DNA of 42,034 nt from Candidatus Pacearchaeota archaeon (GTDB lineage Archaea; Nanobdellota; Nanobdellia; Pacearchaeales; GW2011-AR1), in the NCBI GenBank assembly GCA_017609695.1, contig JAFCDM010000016.1:1-42034 (forward strand), written 5' to 3'. Of this stretch, positions 41,997 to 42,034 are shown piece after piece (the stretch's first letter is position 1; each line of letters starts with the position of its first letter). The notes under the pieces are model-generated. The model was not told the origin of the DNA and searched no databases. It saw only the letters and a program-made list of their open reading frames with translations. The translations under genes were made by a program, and so were the position numbers.

Positions 41997-42034
41997 ATTA
42001 TATTTATTGATTCTTTGATTATATAAATTTTTAT

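Noticed and set aside
1-42034. Alternative genetic code or stop-codon reassignment
   Set aside because: Recognisable proteins terminate at their expected lengths on TAA, TAG and TGA. The interrupted genes are explained by frame shifts or duplications, not by in-frame stops of a single type.

Overview
Strongly AT-rich, gene-dense archaeal window. Archaeal markers are rpoE'(Rpb7)-spt4-rps24e-rps27ae, a class I CCA-adding enzyme, Elp3, ScpA, archaeal-type GluRS and HisRS, TrmB, a class III signal-peptide pilin, a presenilin-like protease and a rhomboid protease. Promoters show TTTAAATA-type TATA boxes, and starts are either Shine-Dalgarno-led or leaderless. Small proteins with long K/E-rich tails and a tRNA-Ile with a UAU anticodon suggest a reduced DPANN-like genome, but this is inference only.

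I support about 60 CDS, four tRNAs (Ile-UAU, His-GUG, Trp-CCA, Thr-GGU) and one orphan tRNA-Glu 5' half.

About 13.0-21.9 kb looks accessory. It holds fic, an HTH-TM-beta-propeller protein, a decayed nuclease gene, an AlbA_2/Schlafen-like ATPase regulator, a WYL protein, a RelE-type TA pair and a LAGLIDADG ORF. It ends at tRNA-Ile, which is preceded by extra direct copies of its own 3' end.

Things worth a second look:
- An orphan tRNA-Glu 5' half that breaks after position 37.
- Two paralogous LAGLIDADG ORFs that each read into a tRNA 5' end in the same codon phase.
- TTGTAGACA box arrays around fic, plus an identical 32-bp promoter module in front of fic and the TA operon.
- A GC-enriched element of about 218 nt closed by a perfect 10-bp helix.
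- A GluRS lacking its anticodon-binding domain.
- A recurrent pattern of perfect short tandem duplications at gene 5' ends.
- Three frame breaks in housekeeping genes (a CoaE-like kinase at an A-AAA-AAG heptamer, hisS, rps27ae). These may be assembly errors, decay or recoding.

No CRISPR array, rRNA, integrase or transposase was recognised.
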